Shown: positions 26,419 to 36,954, counted from the stretch's first letter. The stretch: DNA of 64,000 bases from Flavobacteriales bacterium (GCA_016715995.1 JADJXF010000009.1:318436-382435), one strand, 5' to 3'. Notes: generated by a model from the sequence alone, not told the origin. Program-made: numbers and translations.

Positions 26419-28866
26419 ATGTCCATGCGCCATCGTCACCTCTTCGTCATCCTGCTGATGCTCCTGAACGCTTTCGCCGTGATAGCGCAGGTCGGCGAGC
26501 GCGGCAGCTGCCACTACTACCGTAACCGTGATGCGGGGCTCCGCTTACCCTTGACCGCAGCGCAGCGTGACCTCATCGATGAGACGATCGCCCGCAGCGA
26601 CACCTTTGATATTCGGCACTATGAGATCAGCCTGGACGTCACGGACTATGGTGGGCAGTACCTCAAGGCAAGCACCACCATCACCTACGCGGCGCGCATG
26701 GATGGGCAGTCCTCGATCCGGTTCGACCTGCAAGGCCTTCAGGTGGATTCCGTGACGGATGGCGATGGCGCCTTGCCATACACCTATGATGGCCAGTTCT
26801 TGCGCGTGGACCTCGGGACGGCGCCAGCGATTGACGAGGAACGGCAACTGATGGTGCACTACCAAGGCACACCGGACCGGGACCCGAACTGGGGCGGCTT
26901 CTACTTCGAGAGCAACTACATCTACAACCTCGGCATCGGCCTCACCACCGTGCCACCCAACTTCGGGAAGGTGTGGTACCCCTGCTTCGACAGCTTTGTG
27001 GAGCGCGCCAGCTATTCGTGGCATGTGAAGAGCGCCGGCGGTCGCCGTTTCCACGGGCAGGGTGAATTCCTTGGAGAGACACCGCTCGGCGGCGATACGG
27101 TGATCCGCTCCTACATGCTCACGCAGGAGATCCCCACGCACATCAGCGCGGTGGCCGTTGCGGATTATGCGGAGCACAACTACGTCCACACCGGTGCCAA
27201 TGGCGACATCCCGGTGACGCTGCTGGCCAAGTCGGCGACGCTTCCTTCGATGGTGAGCAAGTTCACCGACCTCAGCGCCGCCATCGACGCGCTCGAGTAC
27301 TGGTATGGGCCTTATGCGTACGGCCGTGTAGGCTATGTGCTCACCACCGACGGCGCGCTGGAGATCCCCACCAATGTGGCCTACCCCGATTTCATGCCCG
27401 GCCAGAGCGCCTCGCAGAACCGGAAGCTCTTCACACATGAGCTCGGGCACCACTGGTGGGGTGATGTGGTGACGCCTCACATTCACAACGATATGTGGCT
27501 GAAGGAAGGCCCCGCAGAGTACAGCGCCCATCTGCTGGAGGAATGGCTCTATGGTCGCGCGGCCATGGTGGCCATGGTGAAGAACAACCTGCTCGACATC
27601 ATGAACACCGCGCATCTCGACGATGGCGGCTTCCAGCCGCTTTCGCCGATGCCCGATGAGCACATCTATGGCACGCACACCTACTACAAGGGCGCAGCGG
27701 TGCTGCACAATCTCCGCGGCTACCTTGGCGATGAGGCCTTCCGCAACGCCATGCGCCAGGTGCAGCTCCAGTACGGCAACAGCGACCTCACTGCGGCGCA
27801 GTTCCGCGATGCGTTGGAAGCCGTGAGCGGGGAGGACCTGCATCCCTTCTTCCAAGACTGGATCTTCAGTCCGGGGTACTCGGTGTTCGAGGTGCGCTCA
27901 TTCACCGCGGCGCCTGGCGGAGGGGCATGGGAGGTTGACCTGCGCATCGGTCAGAAGCTCTATGGCACCCTCGGAATGCACACCGATGTGCCGCTTGACC
28001 TCACGCTCTTCGCTGCCGATGGAAATGTGCACGAGCAGCGCATCATGGCGGGCGGAGTGCTCACGGAGCTTCAGGTGAGCTGCCCCTTCGAACCGGTGCT
28101 GGCCGTGCTGAACCGCTACCAGCGGCTCAACCAGGCCCGCATGGACCACGAGATCACATTGGTGCCAGGGGTGAGCTTCGGCAATGTGCTGCCCTACGTC
28201 GATTTCCGGCTCTATGCCAACACCCTCGTGGATAGCACGCTCGTGCGTGTGGACCACATCTGGTCCGGGGCGGATACCGATGCGCTTGGTTGGGGCATCA
28301 CGCAGATCAGCGACACGCATTACTGGAATGTGGACGGCCTTTGGCCGGAAGGCACCAGCCTACGTGGCCGGTTGCTCTACATGGGCGGCGTTCCCAACCA
28401 GATGGACCACGCGCTGATCGCCGGAGATGAGACGGGCTTGGTGGTGGTTCACCGGCGCACGGCGGATGAGCCCTGGCAGGTCTATGCCGATCAGACGATC
28501 AACGCGGGATCGCTGACGAATGGCACGGGCACCATCACGATGGAGACGCTGGAGAAAGGGCAGTACGCGTACGCCAAGATGAGCGGCGCCATCGGCGTGC
28601 CCGAGCAGCAGCATGCAGCCTTCGCGCTCTATCCGGTGCCAGCCGACGACCAACTCACCGTGCGCCTCGATGCCCCGGCTGAAGGCACATGCCTGGTTGA
28701 TGCGATCGCCGCCGATGGCCGTGTGGTCCTGCGCCGCACCGCGCCCAAGGGATCAACGCTGCTCCAGTTGGATGTAAGCAGCTTGGCTGAGGGCGCATAC
28801 ACCATCCGCGTCGTAAGCATGTCGGGGACGGTGCTGGGGGCGCGCGCCTTCTTCGTGGCACGCTGA
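26419..28866 (+). CDS. M1-family aminopeptidase with a T9SS C-terminal sorting domain
   Basis: Signal MSMRHRHLFVILLMLLNAFAVIAQ. GALEIPTN (GAMEN-like), then HELGHHWWGD-x17-WLKEGPAEY. C-terminus ...LYPVPADDQLTVRLDAP...GAYTIRVVSMSGTVLGARAFFVAR (Por_Secre_tail). Confidence 0.85.
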   Translation: MSMRHRHLFVILLMLLNAFAVIAQVGERGSCHYYRNRDAGLRLPLTAAQRDLIDETIARSDTFDIRHYEISLDVTDYGGQYLKASTTITYAARMDGQSSIRFDLQGLQVDSVTDGDGALPYTYDGQFLRVDLGTAPAIDEERQLMVHYQGTPDRDPNWGGFYFESNYIYNLGIGLTTVPPNFGKVWYPCFDSFVERASYSWHVKSAGGRRFHGQGEFLGETPLGGDTVIRSYMLTQEIPTHISAVAVADYAEHNYVHTGANGDIPVTLLAKSATLPSMVSKFTDLSAAIDALEYWYGPYAYGRVGYVLTTDGALEIPTNVAYPDFMPGQSASQNRKLFTHELGHHWWGDVVTPHIHNDMWLKEGPAEYSAHLLEEWLYGRAAMVAMVKNNLLDIMNTAHLDDGGFQPLSPMPDEHIYGTHTYYKGAAVLHNLRGYLGDEAFRNAMRQVQLQYGNSDLTAAQFRDALEAVSGEDLHPFFQDWIFSPGYSVFEVRSFTAAPGGGAWEVDLRIGQKLYGTLGMHTDVPLDLTLFAADGNVHEQRIMAGGVLTELQVSCPFEPVLAVLNRYQRLNQARMDHEITLVPGVSFGNVLPYVDFRLYANTLVDSTLVRVDHIWSGADTDALGWGITQISDTHYWNVDGLWPEGTSLRGRLLYMGGVPNQMDHALIAGDETGLVVVHRRTADEPWQVYADQTINAGSLTNGTGTITMETLEKGQYAYAKMSGAIGVPEQQHAAFALYPVPADDQLTVRLDAPAEGTCLVDAIAADGRVVLRRTAPKGSTLLQLDVSSLAEGAYTIRVVSMSGTVLGARAFFVAR

Positions 28867-28870
28867 TCCG

Positions 28871-29896
28871 ATGTCCTTCAACGCCATCGGTCGGAAGAAA
28901 CCGCTGTACAAGGTCAGTCCTGCACTGACCGAATATCTGCGCCGACATGGTCGAGTGGCCTCCTCACCGGTGGCGTACAGCGAATTGCTCCGCTACGATG
29001 GACTGATGCCGCACCACGGCGCCGATGGGAAAGCCACGCTGTGGAGCACGGTGCTCTTCCGGCCGGCCGATCAAGCCGAATTGTATCAGCGTCTGGTGGA
29101 GACCTACCAGCTGCTGATCGCCGGCGGCAAACCGATCGAGCACCTGCAGGTGGCTGGCGTGGACCTCTGCCCTTATGGCAACTCGCAACCCTTCCGTGTG
29201 AAGATCCTCAACCGCCTCAACGACAACCACGACTACTACTACATCAAGCGCACCGATGCCAGCCGCGTGTATGGTCTTGAACTGGAGCACCTCCTCTCAC
29301 CTTACCGTATGAACTACCTGTTGAATTGCGAAACCCTGCTGGAGGAGCACATCATCGGCGTCCCGGGCGACAGCTTCATCACGGACCCCACGCGTTATGG
29401 CGGCGGCATGAACGCCGTGCGGCTGTGCAAGGAGTTCGTGAAGTTCAACGAGCGCTGCTTCGTGCGGCTGCTCGGCGATATGCGCGCGTACAATTTCGTG
29501 GTGGATGTGATCCACGACCTCGACCAGGTGCAATACCGCTTGCGTGCCATCGATCTGGACCAGCAGAGCTATGAGGGGCGCGTGCGGATCTACCTGCCAC
29601 AGTTCTACAAGGAGAACCTGCCGTATGTCCGATTGGCGCAAGAGGTCATTGGGCCGGAGACGGCACTTCAGTACCGCAACGAGGAGCGCTCCCTGCTGCG
29701 GCGACGCACGACCCTGGCCGGTGACACCCTTGACGACCTCCTCTCGGTGATGGCCGGCGACGAAATCGCTCCGCAGGAGCATGTTTCGCAATTGGGCCAG
29801 GAGTTGGCCGCGCATCATAGCGATGAAGGCTTCACCGACTGCACGAGCATGGGGACGCTGCTTGCCAGGCACGTGCGGGCCTGCTTGAGCGAATAG
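28871..29896 (+). CDS. conserved hypothetical protein
   Basis: 341 aa with clean periodicity, ...RVKILNRLNDNHDYYYIKRTDASRVYGLELEHL.... No family recognised. Confidence 0.6.
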   Translation: MSFNAIGRKKPLYKVSPALTEYLRRHGRVASSPVAYSELLRYDGLMPHHGADGKATLWSTVLFRPADQAELYQRLVETYQLLIAGGKPIEHLQVAGVDLCPYGNSQPFRVKILNRLNDNHDYYYIKRTDASRVYGLELEHLLSPYRMNYLLNCETLLEEHIIGVPGDSFITDPTRYGGGMNAVRLCKEFVKFNERCFVRLLGDMRAYNFVVDVIHDLDQVQYRLRAIDLDQQSYEGRVRIYLPQFYKENLPYVRLAQEVIGPETALQYRNEERSLLRRRTTLAGDTLDDLLSVMAGDEIAPQEHVSQLGQELAAHHSDEGFTDCTSMGTLLARHVRACLSE

Positions 29897-29997
29897 TCCG
29901 CCATCAGTCTAGCGGAAGGGATGAAGGCGTAACCGCAGGCAACGGATCGCGTTAGAGCGCCCCGGACATCGTTCTGATGGCCGGAAAAAGCGACCTA

Positions 29998-30735
29998 ATG
30001 AAACGTTCGATCCTCTCCCTGACGGTGTGCTTCAATCTGGTCTGCGTAGCGCAGTTGTCGCAGCGCATCGAGTACCATTGGCTCAACCAGGTTTGCGCCG
30101 ACCTTATTAATTGTGATGGGGGCTGCACGGCCTGCAACATCCCGACGAACTCCGCTGGTTCCTTCTTCGGGACCAACGCCGCCTTCATCGGCGTCTCCAT
30201 CTGCCCGCTGCCCATCAACGTGGGTGACAATGCCGTCTTCACCGGCGGGTGGGACCTGCAGTCCGGCCCTGGCAAGACCGTCATCATCTCAGGCATCGCC
30301 ACGGTGCCCATGCGGATTGATAGCATCCGCTTCCGCCATTCCATCTACTCCATCGGGCCCGACCGCGTGAAGGTGGCATACACCGCCAATGCCGCGATGG
30401 CTCCCGAGGAGGTGGCCGACGTTGAGGTGCCGACCGATTTCACCACTGTTTCGCTCGCCGACCTGGGTTGTGTGCAACCTGCTCCCGGCGCGCCGATGGG
30501 CACCTTCCAGATCCGCTTCACGCCCTACGGCAGCACCGAGGGCGGCTGGGCGCTGGATGAGGTGATCATTGTGGGAAGCACCTGCGAGGCCTCCACCGTG
30601 GGCGTGGCCGAACTGGCCGTGTACCGTGATGCCACGGGCGGCCCTTGGGTGGATCTGCTCGGACGACCGATGACGGCTCAGCCTGCGCCCGGCGTGTACA
30701 TCGCTGCTGGCAAGCGCGTGCGCGTGGTGGAGTGA
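29998..30735 (+). CDS. secreted Cys-rich hypothetical protein
   Basis: MKRSILSLTVCFNLVCVAQ signal peptide, then a CADLINCDGGCTACNIP Cys cluster. Confidence 0.55.
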   Translation: MKRSILSLTVCFNLVCVAQLSQRIEYHWLNQVCADLINCDGGCTACNIPTNSAGSFFGTNAAFIGVSICPLPINVGDNAVFTGGWDLQSGPGKTVIISGIATVPMRIDSIRFRHSIYSIGPDRVKVAYTANAAMAPEEVADVEVPTDFTTVSLADLGCVQPAPGAPMGTFQIRFTPYGSTEGGWALDEVIIVGSTCEASTVGVAELAVYRDATGGPWVDLLGRPMTAQPAPGVYIAAGKRVRVVE

Positions 30736-30788
30736 CAGTCCCAATCCAGTCCTTTCGTAGGCTCCGCGCTCTTGTTGAAGCGCGCTAT

Positions 30789-31703
30789 TCAACCTGCCTT
30801 CGCTCCCGCGCGCGGGTGGAAGCGCAGGATGTTGCTGCGCAGGTATTCCCGATCCAGGTGCGTGTAGATCTCCGTGGTGGTGATGCTGGCATGGCCGAGC
30901 ATCTCCTGCACCGCGCGCAGGTCCGCGCCGCCCTCAACCAGATGCGTGGCGAACGAGTGCCGGAAGGTGTGCGGGCCGATGGTCTTGCGCACGCCAGCGC
31001 GCACGGCCAGTCGCTTCACAAGGTTGAAGACGGACATGCGCGACAGTCCTCCGCCGCGCGCGTTGAGGAAGACGATGTCCTCCGCCTTCTTCTGCACAGG
31101 CAGTGCGGCGCGTTCGTGCCGCACGTAGAGCCCGATCCAATGCAGGGCCTCCGCGCCGATGGGAACCAGCCTTTCCTTGTCGCCCTTGCCCACCACGCGC
31201 AGGAATCCTTCGGCGGCGCTGATGCGCGATAGACGCAGCCCGCAGAGCTCGCTCACGCGAAGTCCGCAGCCATAGAGCGTTTCGATGATCGCCCTGTCAC
31301 GGTGCGCCAGTCGCGCGCTCAGGTCCACCGCGTCGGCCAACGCGTCGATTTCATCTATGGAGAGGAAGACAGGCAGCTTGCGACCCAGCCGTGGGCTCTC
31401 GATCAATTCGCTCGGGTCGTTGTCGATGGCCTTGTCCACAAGTAGGCTGCGGTGGAATACGCGCACCGCGCTGAGCAGGCGTGCCTGACTTGTGGCAGCG
31501 AGTCCTGTGCGCGCTTGGCTGGTGATGAAGGCTTGCAGGTCGTCCAGGGTCAGGCAATCAGGCGGCAGGGGCGGGGCGTTCCCTTCGGCGAAGGCACGCA
31601 GCTTGGCGATGTCGTGCGCATAGGCCTGCACGGTCCGGTCACTGAGCGCGCGCTCGAGCTTCAGGTACATGCGGAAGCCGCGCAGGGCCTTCTCCCAATC
31701 CAT
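30789..31703 (-). CDS. xerD: site-specific tyrosine recombinase XerD
   Basis: MDWEKALRGFRMYLKLERALSDRTVQAYAHDIAKL...GLRVSEL...GKGDKER...HTFRHSFATHLVEGGADLRAVQEMLGHASITTTEIYTH, giving R..HxxR..Y. ATG at 31703. The 470-aa track ORF has an artifactual extension. Confidence 0.85.
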   Translation of the reverse strand: MDWEKALRGFRMYLKLERALSDRTVQAYAHDIAKLRAFAEGNAPPLPPDCLTLDDLQAFITSQARTGLAATSQARLLSAVRVFHRSLLVDKAIDNDPSELIESPRLGRKLPVFLSIDEIDALADAVDLSARLAHRDRAIIETLYGCGLRVSELCGLRLSRISAAEGFLRVVGKGDKERLVPIGAEALHWIGLYVRHERAALPVQKKAEDIVFLNARGGGLSRMSVFNLVKRLAVRAGVRKTIGPHTFRHSFATHLVEGGADLRAVQEMLGHASITTTEIYTHLDREYLRSNILRFHPRAGAKAG

Positions 31704-31793
31704 GCACGAAGGTTCATTGTCGTTGGTCGCTGGTGCCGCGCTGGTCACCCTGGCTTCCAACGCTGCGCTGTTCATCCGCATCTTCGCGCGGCG

Positions 31794-32219
31794 ATGGCGC
31801 GCTTCCTCATCCTCAACGGGCCCAACCTCAACCTGCTTGGATCGCGGGAGCCGTCGGTCTATGGAGGCCGTTCCTTCGAGGAGTACCTGGTGGACCTGCG
31901 CGGCGAGTTCGCGGCGCACGCCATCGTTCATGTGCAGAGCAACATCGAAGGGGAATTGGTAGAGGCCGTGCAGCGCGCGGATGGGGCGTACGATGGCTTG
32001 GCGCTCAATGCCGGCGGGTTCACGCACACCTCCGTTGCGCTGCGCGATGCGATCGCTGCGGTGCGCATCCCGGTTGTGGAGGTGCACATCAGCAACCTGC
32101 TGGAGCGGGAGCCCTTCCGCCACGTTTCGCTCACGGGCGGCGTATGCATCGGGAGCATCATGGGCCTCGGCCTCGATGGCTACCGGCTCGCCATCGCCCA
32201 TCTGCTTCAGCGCCGCTGA
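31794..32219 (+). CDS. aroQ: type II 3-dehydroquinate dehydratase
   Basis: MARFLILNGPNLNLLGSREPSVYG...ALNAGGFTHTSVALRDA...VVEVHISN. 141 aa. ATG at 31794. Confidence 0.9.
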   Translation: MARFLILNGPNLNLLGSREPSVYGGRSFEEYLVDLRGEFAAHAIVHVQSNIEGELVEAVQRADGAYDGLALNAGGFTHTSVALRDAIAAVRIPVVEVHISNLLEREPFRHVSLTGGVCIGSIMGLGLDGYRLAIAHLLQRR

Positions 32220-33241
32220 TGGAAGGCGGCTTGGTCGAGCGCGGAGAAGCGCTTCCAGCCGAGCACGAAGCGGTCATAGGCGATGCTGCGGTGATAGAGG
32301 CCGGTGAGGTCGGGTGAGCGGTCCAGGGCGGCGAGTGATCGGCGCTGCCTGAGCGCGCGCGGCAGCCGTGCAATGAAATGCCATTGGGCGCGACCGACTT
32401 CCCACGAGTGGCGGCCATGGCCCTCGATCAGGAATTTGATCGCAGCGAAGCCATCGAGCACCATGCGCCTCAGCAGCCAGAGCCACCATCGCGGACCGCT
32501 TAGATTCTTCGTGAGTACCAGGAGGCTGTTGCGGAAGTTGAGGTAGGTCTTGCGGGGGCTGCCGTAGCCGAGGGCGCCGCCCCCGACGTGGCGCACCGAT
32601 GCGCTGCTGGTGTAACCGATGCGCCAGCCCTGGCGACGTAACCGCCAGCAGAGGTCGATCTCCTCCATGTGGGCGAAGAAGGCCTCATCGAATCCGCCCG
32701 CGCCGTGGAATGCTTCGGCGCGGATCAGCAGGCAAGCGCCCGTGGCCCAGAACACCTCGCGATCGTCGTCGTACTGCCCCGAGTCGGACTCGGTGATCTC
32801 GAAGATCCTGCCCCGGCAGAAGGGGTAGCCGTTGCGGTCGAGGAATCCGCCAGCCGCGCCTGCATGCTCGAATCGGCCCGGATCGGCGTGGGAAAGGACC
32901 TTGGGTTGGCAGGCGGCCATCAGCGGATCGCGATTGAGGTAGGCATTCAGCTGTTCGAGCCAGCCCGGCGTCACCTCCACGTCGCTGTTGAGCAGGAGGT
33001 AACGTTCCGCATCCACCTGTTGGAGCGCCATGTTGTAGCCTCCAGCGAAGCCGAGGTTGCGCGGCAGTTGTATCACGCGCACCGTAGGCATCGCTTCGCG
33101 GAGCCAGGCCGTTGAACCATCCGTTGATGCGTTGTCGGCCACGATCACTTCCGCGCCGGAGCTGTTGGCCAGCACGCCGGGCAGGAAGCGCTGCAGCCAA
33201 TGCTGCCCGTTCCAATTGAGGATGACGATCGCCGTGCGCAT
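32207..33241 (-). CDS. family-2 glycosyltransferase
   Basis: MRTAIVILNWNG...VIVADNASTDGS...LLNSDVEV, the GT-A DxD fold. Its end overlaps the convergent aroQ 3' end. Confidence 0.8.
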   Translation of the reverse strand: MRTAIVILNWNGQHWLQRFLPGVLANSSGAEVIVADNASTDGSTAWLREAMPTVRVIQLPRNLGFAGGYNMALQQVDAERYLLLNSDVEVTPGWLEQLNAYLNRDPLMAACQPKVLSHADPGRFEHAGAAGGFLDRNGYPFCRGRIFEITESDSGQYDDDREVFWATGACLLIRAEAFHGAGGFDEAFFAHMEEIDLCWRLRRQGWRIGYTSSASVRHVGGGALGYGSPRKTYLNFRNSLLVLTKNLSGPRWWLWLLRRMVLDGFAAIKFLIEGHGRHSWEVGRAQWHFIARLPRALRQRRSLAALDRSPDLTGLYHRSIAYDRFVLGWKRFSALDQAAFHQRR

Positions 33242-33286
33242 GCGTCTGAAGCGCGGCAAAGGTGGGGCGGCGCGGTCAGCCGATGA

Positions 33287-34744
33287 TCAGCGCGGATCGT
33301 TGAAGAACTCGTTCACCCGATCGCTCTCGAGGGTGCCCACCTGCTGGGTCTGCACGCCGGGCAGCGGCACGTTGCGCTGGTGCAGGATGTTGTTCCACTG
33401 CGGATTATTCATCTCGCCGGGCACTTCACTGTGCAGGAGCACCAAGCACGAATTGGCCAGGTCGGGCTGGTAGAAGACGAAGCGCCGGTTGGTGTACTTG
33501 CCAGCGCGGTAGTAATGCCAGATGGTGTAGGGCAGGGTGCCCATCTCGTTGAACCGGTCCATCATCGTGTTCGGCGGCCCGTACTTGAGATAAGTCTGCC
33601 CGCGATCGGTCTCGTAGCCGCGCAGCACGCGGCATCCGAAGATCTTGTTCACCTTGATCACCTCGGCGCGATAAGCGCGCCACGCGGATTCGGGGTCAGC
33701 GCCCCGGTTGGCCCAGAAGCTGTACATGAAACGGCGCATCAGGTCCATGTCGCGATCCTTCCAGCGGTCGTCGATGATCTTGCGCTCCAACGGATCGGCG
33801 ATGGGCCGCAGGCTGTGGATGTGGGCGGCGAGCGAATCCGCATCCTGGAAAGCGCCGACGAAGGTGTTGCTGATGTCGAACGCGGCGAGCGATTGCAGGT
33901 CGTAGTTGAACGCGATGGGATTGTTGCGCTGGAAGAACAGTTCGCGCCGATCCACCAGGTCGCCGCGCCGATCCCGGATCTCCACCACCGCCAGATAGTT
34001 CCCCGAAGAGAGTTGGCCAATGTCGAATTCCGCGAATACCGGCTCCACTTTCCGTGCTTTGATGCGCTGCCCCATCTTCAGGCCACCGCTCACCATCCGC
34101 TTATCCAGGTCCTCCACCTGCCAGGAGAGCAGGTACAGGCTATCCTGCCCGAATCGCTCGTCGGCGCCATAGACCTCAGCGTAGAATGCCAGACGGCCTA
34201 CGCTAGGCGGCAGGTAATCGCTCAGCAGCGGCACCGCGCGATACCCGAACTTCGATGGCACATCCGCTGGTGCGCGCTCGAATCGCTCGGCGAAGAGGAT
34301 GTCCGAGATCGACAAGCCTGAAGGCTGAGCGCCGATGGCGAGCGGCGCATCATACCTCGTCACGGTCGTGTCCGTGCTGTTCAGGTCGCGCACCTCGATG
34401 GAGAGTTGGTATTCACCGGGTGGAAGGTCGAAGAACTCCTGATGCACCAGGTCGGTCTGGAGGGAATCGAGCCGCTCCGGACCGAGGACCTCCGTCTTGG
34501 CGAAGGCCTTGATCGCACCCGCCTGTTCGATGATCGTGAGCGCCTCCACGCGTGCCTGGGTGAAGCCGGGCTGGGTGGACTTCATAGTGGCAGTGCCAGC
34601 TAGGATGGCCATGTTCACTTCCACACGAGGGCCGGCATTTGGTTGGTGGAACACTCTTGTCTCCACGGCCAAGTCGACTGCGGCCCGCAGCGGGGACAAA
34701 AGCATGAGCAGGGCGAGGAGGAGGGTGGATCGCTGGTAGGCCAT
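33287..34744 (-). CDS. GWxTD-domain protein (secreted)
   Basis: Signal MAYQRSTLLLALLMLLSPLRA; C-terminal ...GYETDRGQTYLKYGPPN... is the GWxTD motif region. Confidence 0.75.
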   Translation of the reverse strand: MAYQRSTLLLALLMLLSPLRAAVDLAVETRVFHQPNAGPRVEVNMAILAGTATMKSTQPGFTQARVEALTIIEQAGAIKAFAKTEVLGPERLDSLQTDLVHQEFFDLPPGEYQLSIEVRDLNSTDTTVTRYDAPLAIGAQPSGLSISDILFAERFERAPADVPSKFGYRAVPLLSDYLPPSVGRLAFYAEVYGADERFGQDSLYLLSWQVEDLDKRMVSGGLKMGQRIKARKVEPVFAEFDIGQLSSGNYLAVVEIRDRRGDLVDRRELFFQRNNPIAFNYDLQSLAAFDISNTFVGAFQDADSLAAHIHSLRPIADPLERKIIDDRWKDRDMDLMRRFMYSFWANRGADPESAWRAYRAEVIKVNKIFGCRVLRGYETDRGQTYLKYGPPNTMMDRFNEMGTLPYTIWHYYRAGKYTNRRFVFYQPDLANSCLVLLHSEVPGEMNNPQWNNILHQRNVPLPGVQTQQVGTLESDRVNEFFNDPR

Positions 34745-34866
34745 CACCACAAAGCTAGGGTCATTGCGCATGGCGTTGCGACCGCTCACATGGACGCCGT
34801 TGCCGATGCTCGCTTGAGAGGTGGGATGAGACGTTCAAGCGGATTGCTGAGCGTGGGCGTGAGAAA

Positions 34867-34890
34867 GGCCCGCTGCGGTTGGAGCGGGCC
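34867..34890 (-). terminator. hairpin terminator downstream of tRNA-Ser
   Basis: ggcccgct-gcggttgg-agcgggcc stem-loop, followed on the minus strand by TTTCTC. Confidence 0.4.
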
Positions 34891-34899
34891 TTGCACGGG

Positions 34900-34986
34900 C
34901 GGAGAGGGAGGGATTCGAACCCCCGGTACCCGTGAGGGCACATCTGTTTTCGAGACAGACCCGATCGACCACTCTGGCACCTCTCC
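34900..34986 (-). tRNA. tRNA-Ser (anticodon CGA), type II with long variable arm
   Basis: GGAGAGGTGCCAGAGTGGTCGATCGGGTCTGTCTCGAAAACAGATGTGCCCTCACGGGTACCGGGGGTTCGAATCCCTCCCTCTCCG. A 7-bp acceptor stem, anticodon loop CTCGAAA, TPsiC loop GTTCGAATC. CCA is not encoded. Confidence 0.9.
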
Positions 34987-35040
34987 GATCAGGGGGCGGC
35001 GAAGATAGACCCGCGCCGTTCACGGCTCATTCCGCCGCAC

Positions 35041-35664
35041 TCAGTCCTTCTTCCGGAAGGCGCCGTTCTGCCAGGCCTGGATGAATTGCGCCCAGGCCAC
35101 AGGGTTGAATAGGTTGATCGGTGGTGTGCCCCCGCTGTAATACAGCTTCGTCTGATCCATCGCCATCTGGTACTGATAGCTCTGATAGGCATCAGGCGGC
35201 AGGCTCTCCATCCGCTGCACCATCTCGGCCGGTGAGAGGTTGCGCAGGGTGAGTTGGTAGTCGTCAGCCGGCAGGTTCAGGTTCATGAAAGCCTCACTGA
35301 ATTGCTCCTTGGAGGGCCAGGGGTACACCACGGCCTCCTTCAGCCACACGGTGTCCCGGCTCATCACATGGATCATGGAATACTTGTTCTCCGGCAGGTC
35401 GCTGGGGATGACATAGTTGGAGCGGACGAACCCCAGCGCGCTGAACAAGATGGTATCACCTTCTTGGGCCACGAAGCTGAAATAGCCGAACACATCGCTC
35501 ATGGTGCCGCGGTAGGTGTTGCGCACCAGGATGTTGGTGAAGGGGATCGGTGCCAGGCTGTCGGTCACCACCACTCCGCTGAACTGTACCAGCTGCGGTA
35601 TGGGCGGTTGCGCGGTCAGTGGGAAGGATGCGGCCAGCACGATGGCTGCAAGAACGGTTCTCAT
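35041..35664 (-). CDS. carboxypeptidase-like regulatory (CarbopepD_reg) domain protein, secreted
   Basis: MRTVLAAIVLAASFPLTAQ signal; ...QFSGVVVTDSLAPIPFTNILVRNTYRGTMSDVFGYFSF, the CarbopepD_reg_2-like pattern. ATG at 35664. Confidence 0.7.
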   Translation of the reverse strand: MRTVLAAIVLAASFPLTAQPPIPQLVQFSGVVVTDSLAPIPFTNILVRNTYRGTMSDVFGYFSFVAQEGDTILFSALGFVRSNYVIPSDLPENKYSMIHVMSRDTVWLKEAVVYPWPSKEQFSEAFMNLNLPADDYQLTLRNLSPAEMVQRMESLPPDAYQSYQYQMAMDQTKLYYSGGTPPINLFNPVAWAQFIQAWQNGAFRKKD

Positions 35665-35760
35665 GTGGGAAACAAAGGTAGCCCGTTGCTTTCGCGACTC
35701 CGGATGATGGGACGTGCGACCATCCCGGTAGTTTAGCCGGATCAAACCAAACCCTGCCCG

Positions 35761-36822
35761 ATGCGCTCGATTCTGACACTTGTTGTGATGCTCCCCGTAT
35801 TCGCGGTCGCGCAGATCACCATCGGGCCGACCGATATGCCCACCGCTGGCGATACCGTTCGGTATCGCACCACCTCCGCAGCCGGGCTGGATTATGCTTC
35901 CACTGAGGCCGGGATAATCTGGGACTTCAGCATGCTCACGCCCGATACGGAGGGCGCGGATACCTGCGTCACGGTGGCGTCCACGCCTTTGCTCTACCAG
36001 TTCTTCTTCAACAACGGTATTCTCTATCCGCAGCATCAGGCCAGCCATGCACAACGCGGGCCATCCTTCGGCTTCCAGCAGCTCACCGTCAACGATGTGT
36101 TCGAGTACTTCAAGAATGACGCCATCGGTTTCCGCAATGTGGGCTTCGGCGCCAATGTGAATGGCGTGCCGGCCAGCACGCGCCGCATTCCTGTGGATTG
36201 GGTCCATCGGTTTCCGTTGGAGTACGGTGACATGGATACCAGCTACAGCGAGTTCACGCTCAACGTCCCTTCGCTCTTCTCCTTCACGCAGAAACAGACA
36301 CGGTACAATGAAGTGGATGGCTGGGGCACCTTGTACCTGCCTGCGGACACCTTCGATGTGCTCCGCGTGAAGAGCACCTTGGAACGGAACGATTCAATCT
36401 TCATCAGCCAGTTCGGCCAAGGCTTCTCCTTCCCCGAACCCGAGACCGTGGAATACAAGTGGATCGCGCTGGGGATGGATGGTCCAGTGCTTCAGATCAA
36501 CGTGAACGCCGGACAAGCGACCACGGCGCGCTTCTACTATCAGCCGGATGATATCACGCTGAGCGCACCTTCGTCAGTCGAATCAGCACGATTGATCGTA
36601 GCACCGAATCCGGCTAACGAGTCCGTGATGTTCCAGTTGCCCGGTGATCCTGGCGTCTTGACCTTGCACGATGCGCAGGGAAGGCAGGTGCGAAGCCTTC
36701 GTGTCGGTAAAGGCTCCGCGCAGCTGCGGATATCGGTCACGGACCTGGCTCCAGGGGCGTACCTGGCGCGGCTCAGCAATGCCGAGGGTGCGCACGTGGC
36801 TCGTGTGATGGTGGAACACTGA
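35761..36822 (+). CDS. T9SS C-terminal-sorting-domain hypothetical protein
   Basis: Signal MRSILTLVVMLPVFAVAQ. C-terminus ...LIVAPNPANESVMFQLPGDPGVLTLHDAQGRQV...GAYLARLSNAEGAHVARVMVEH (Por_Secre_tail). Confidence 0.75.
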   Translation: MRSILTLVVMLPVFAVAQITIGPTDMPTAGDTVRYRTTSAAGLDYASTEAGIIWDFSMLTPDTEGADTCVTVASTPLLYQFFFNNGILYPQHQASHAQRGPSFGFQQLTVNDVFEYFKNDAIGFRNVGFGANVNGVPASTRRIPVDWVHRFPLEYGDMDTSYSEFTLNVPSLFSFTQKQTRYNEVDGWGTLYLPADTFDVLRVKSTLERNDSIFISQFGQGFSFPEPETVEYKWIALGMDGPVLQINVNAGQATTARFYYQPDDITLSAPSSVESARLIVAPNPANESVMFQLPGDPGVLTLHDAQGRQVRSLRVGKGSAQLRISVTDLAPGAYLARLSNAEGAHVARVMVEH

Positions 36823-36954
36823 TTCGCGGTCGTGCCTTTGCCAACGGATGTGCCACCCGTCAAGCTGGCAGGCCGCTCGTAACGGCATGGACTTCGAATG
36901 GGCCCGGCTCCAACGGCATGGGATAATTTCGCCCCGACCTCACCAACACCAACC

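Noticed and set aside
32158-33215. ORFs antisense to the GT2 gene (32599..32796, 32669..33115, 32685..33215 and others), and the 31733..32317 ORF overlapping aroQ out of frame.
   Set aside because: The GT2 (DxD motifs) and AroQ frames are unambiguous. The others are high-GC shadows.
34761-35023. Several 60-65-aa ORFs on both strands around 34760-35020.
   Set aside because: The region is occupied by tRNA-Ser (34900-34986) and its terminator, and the ORFs overlap the tRNA on both strands.
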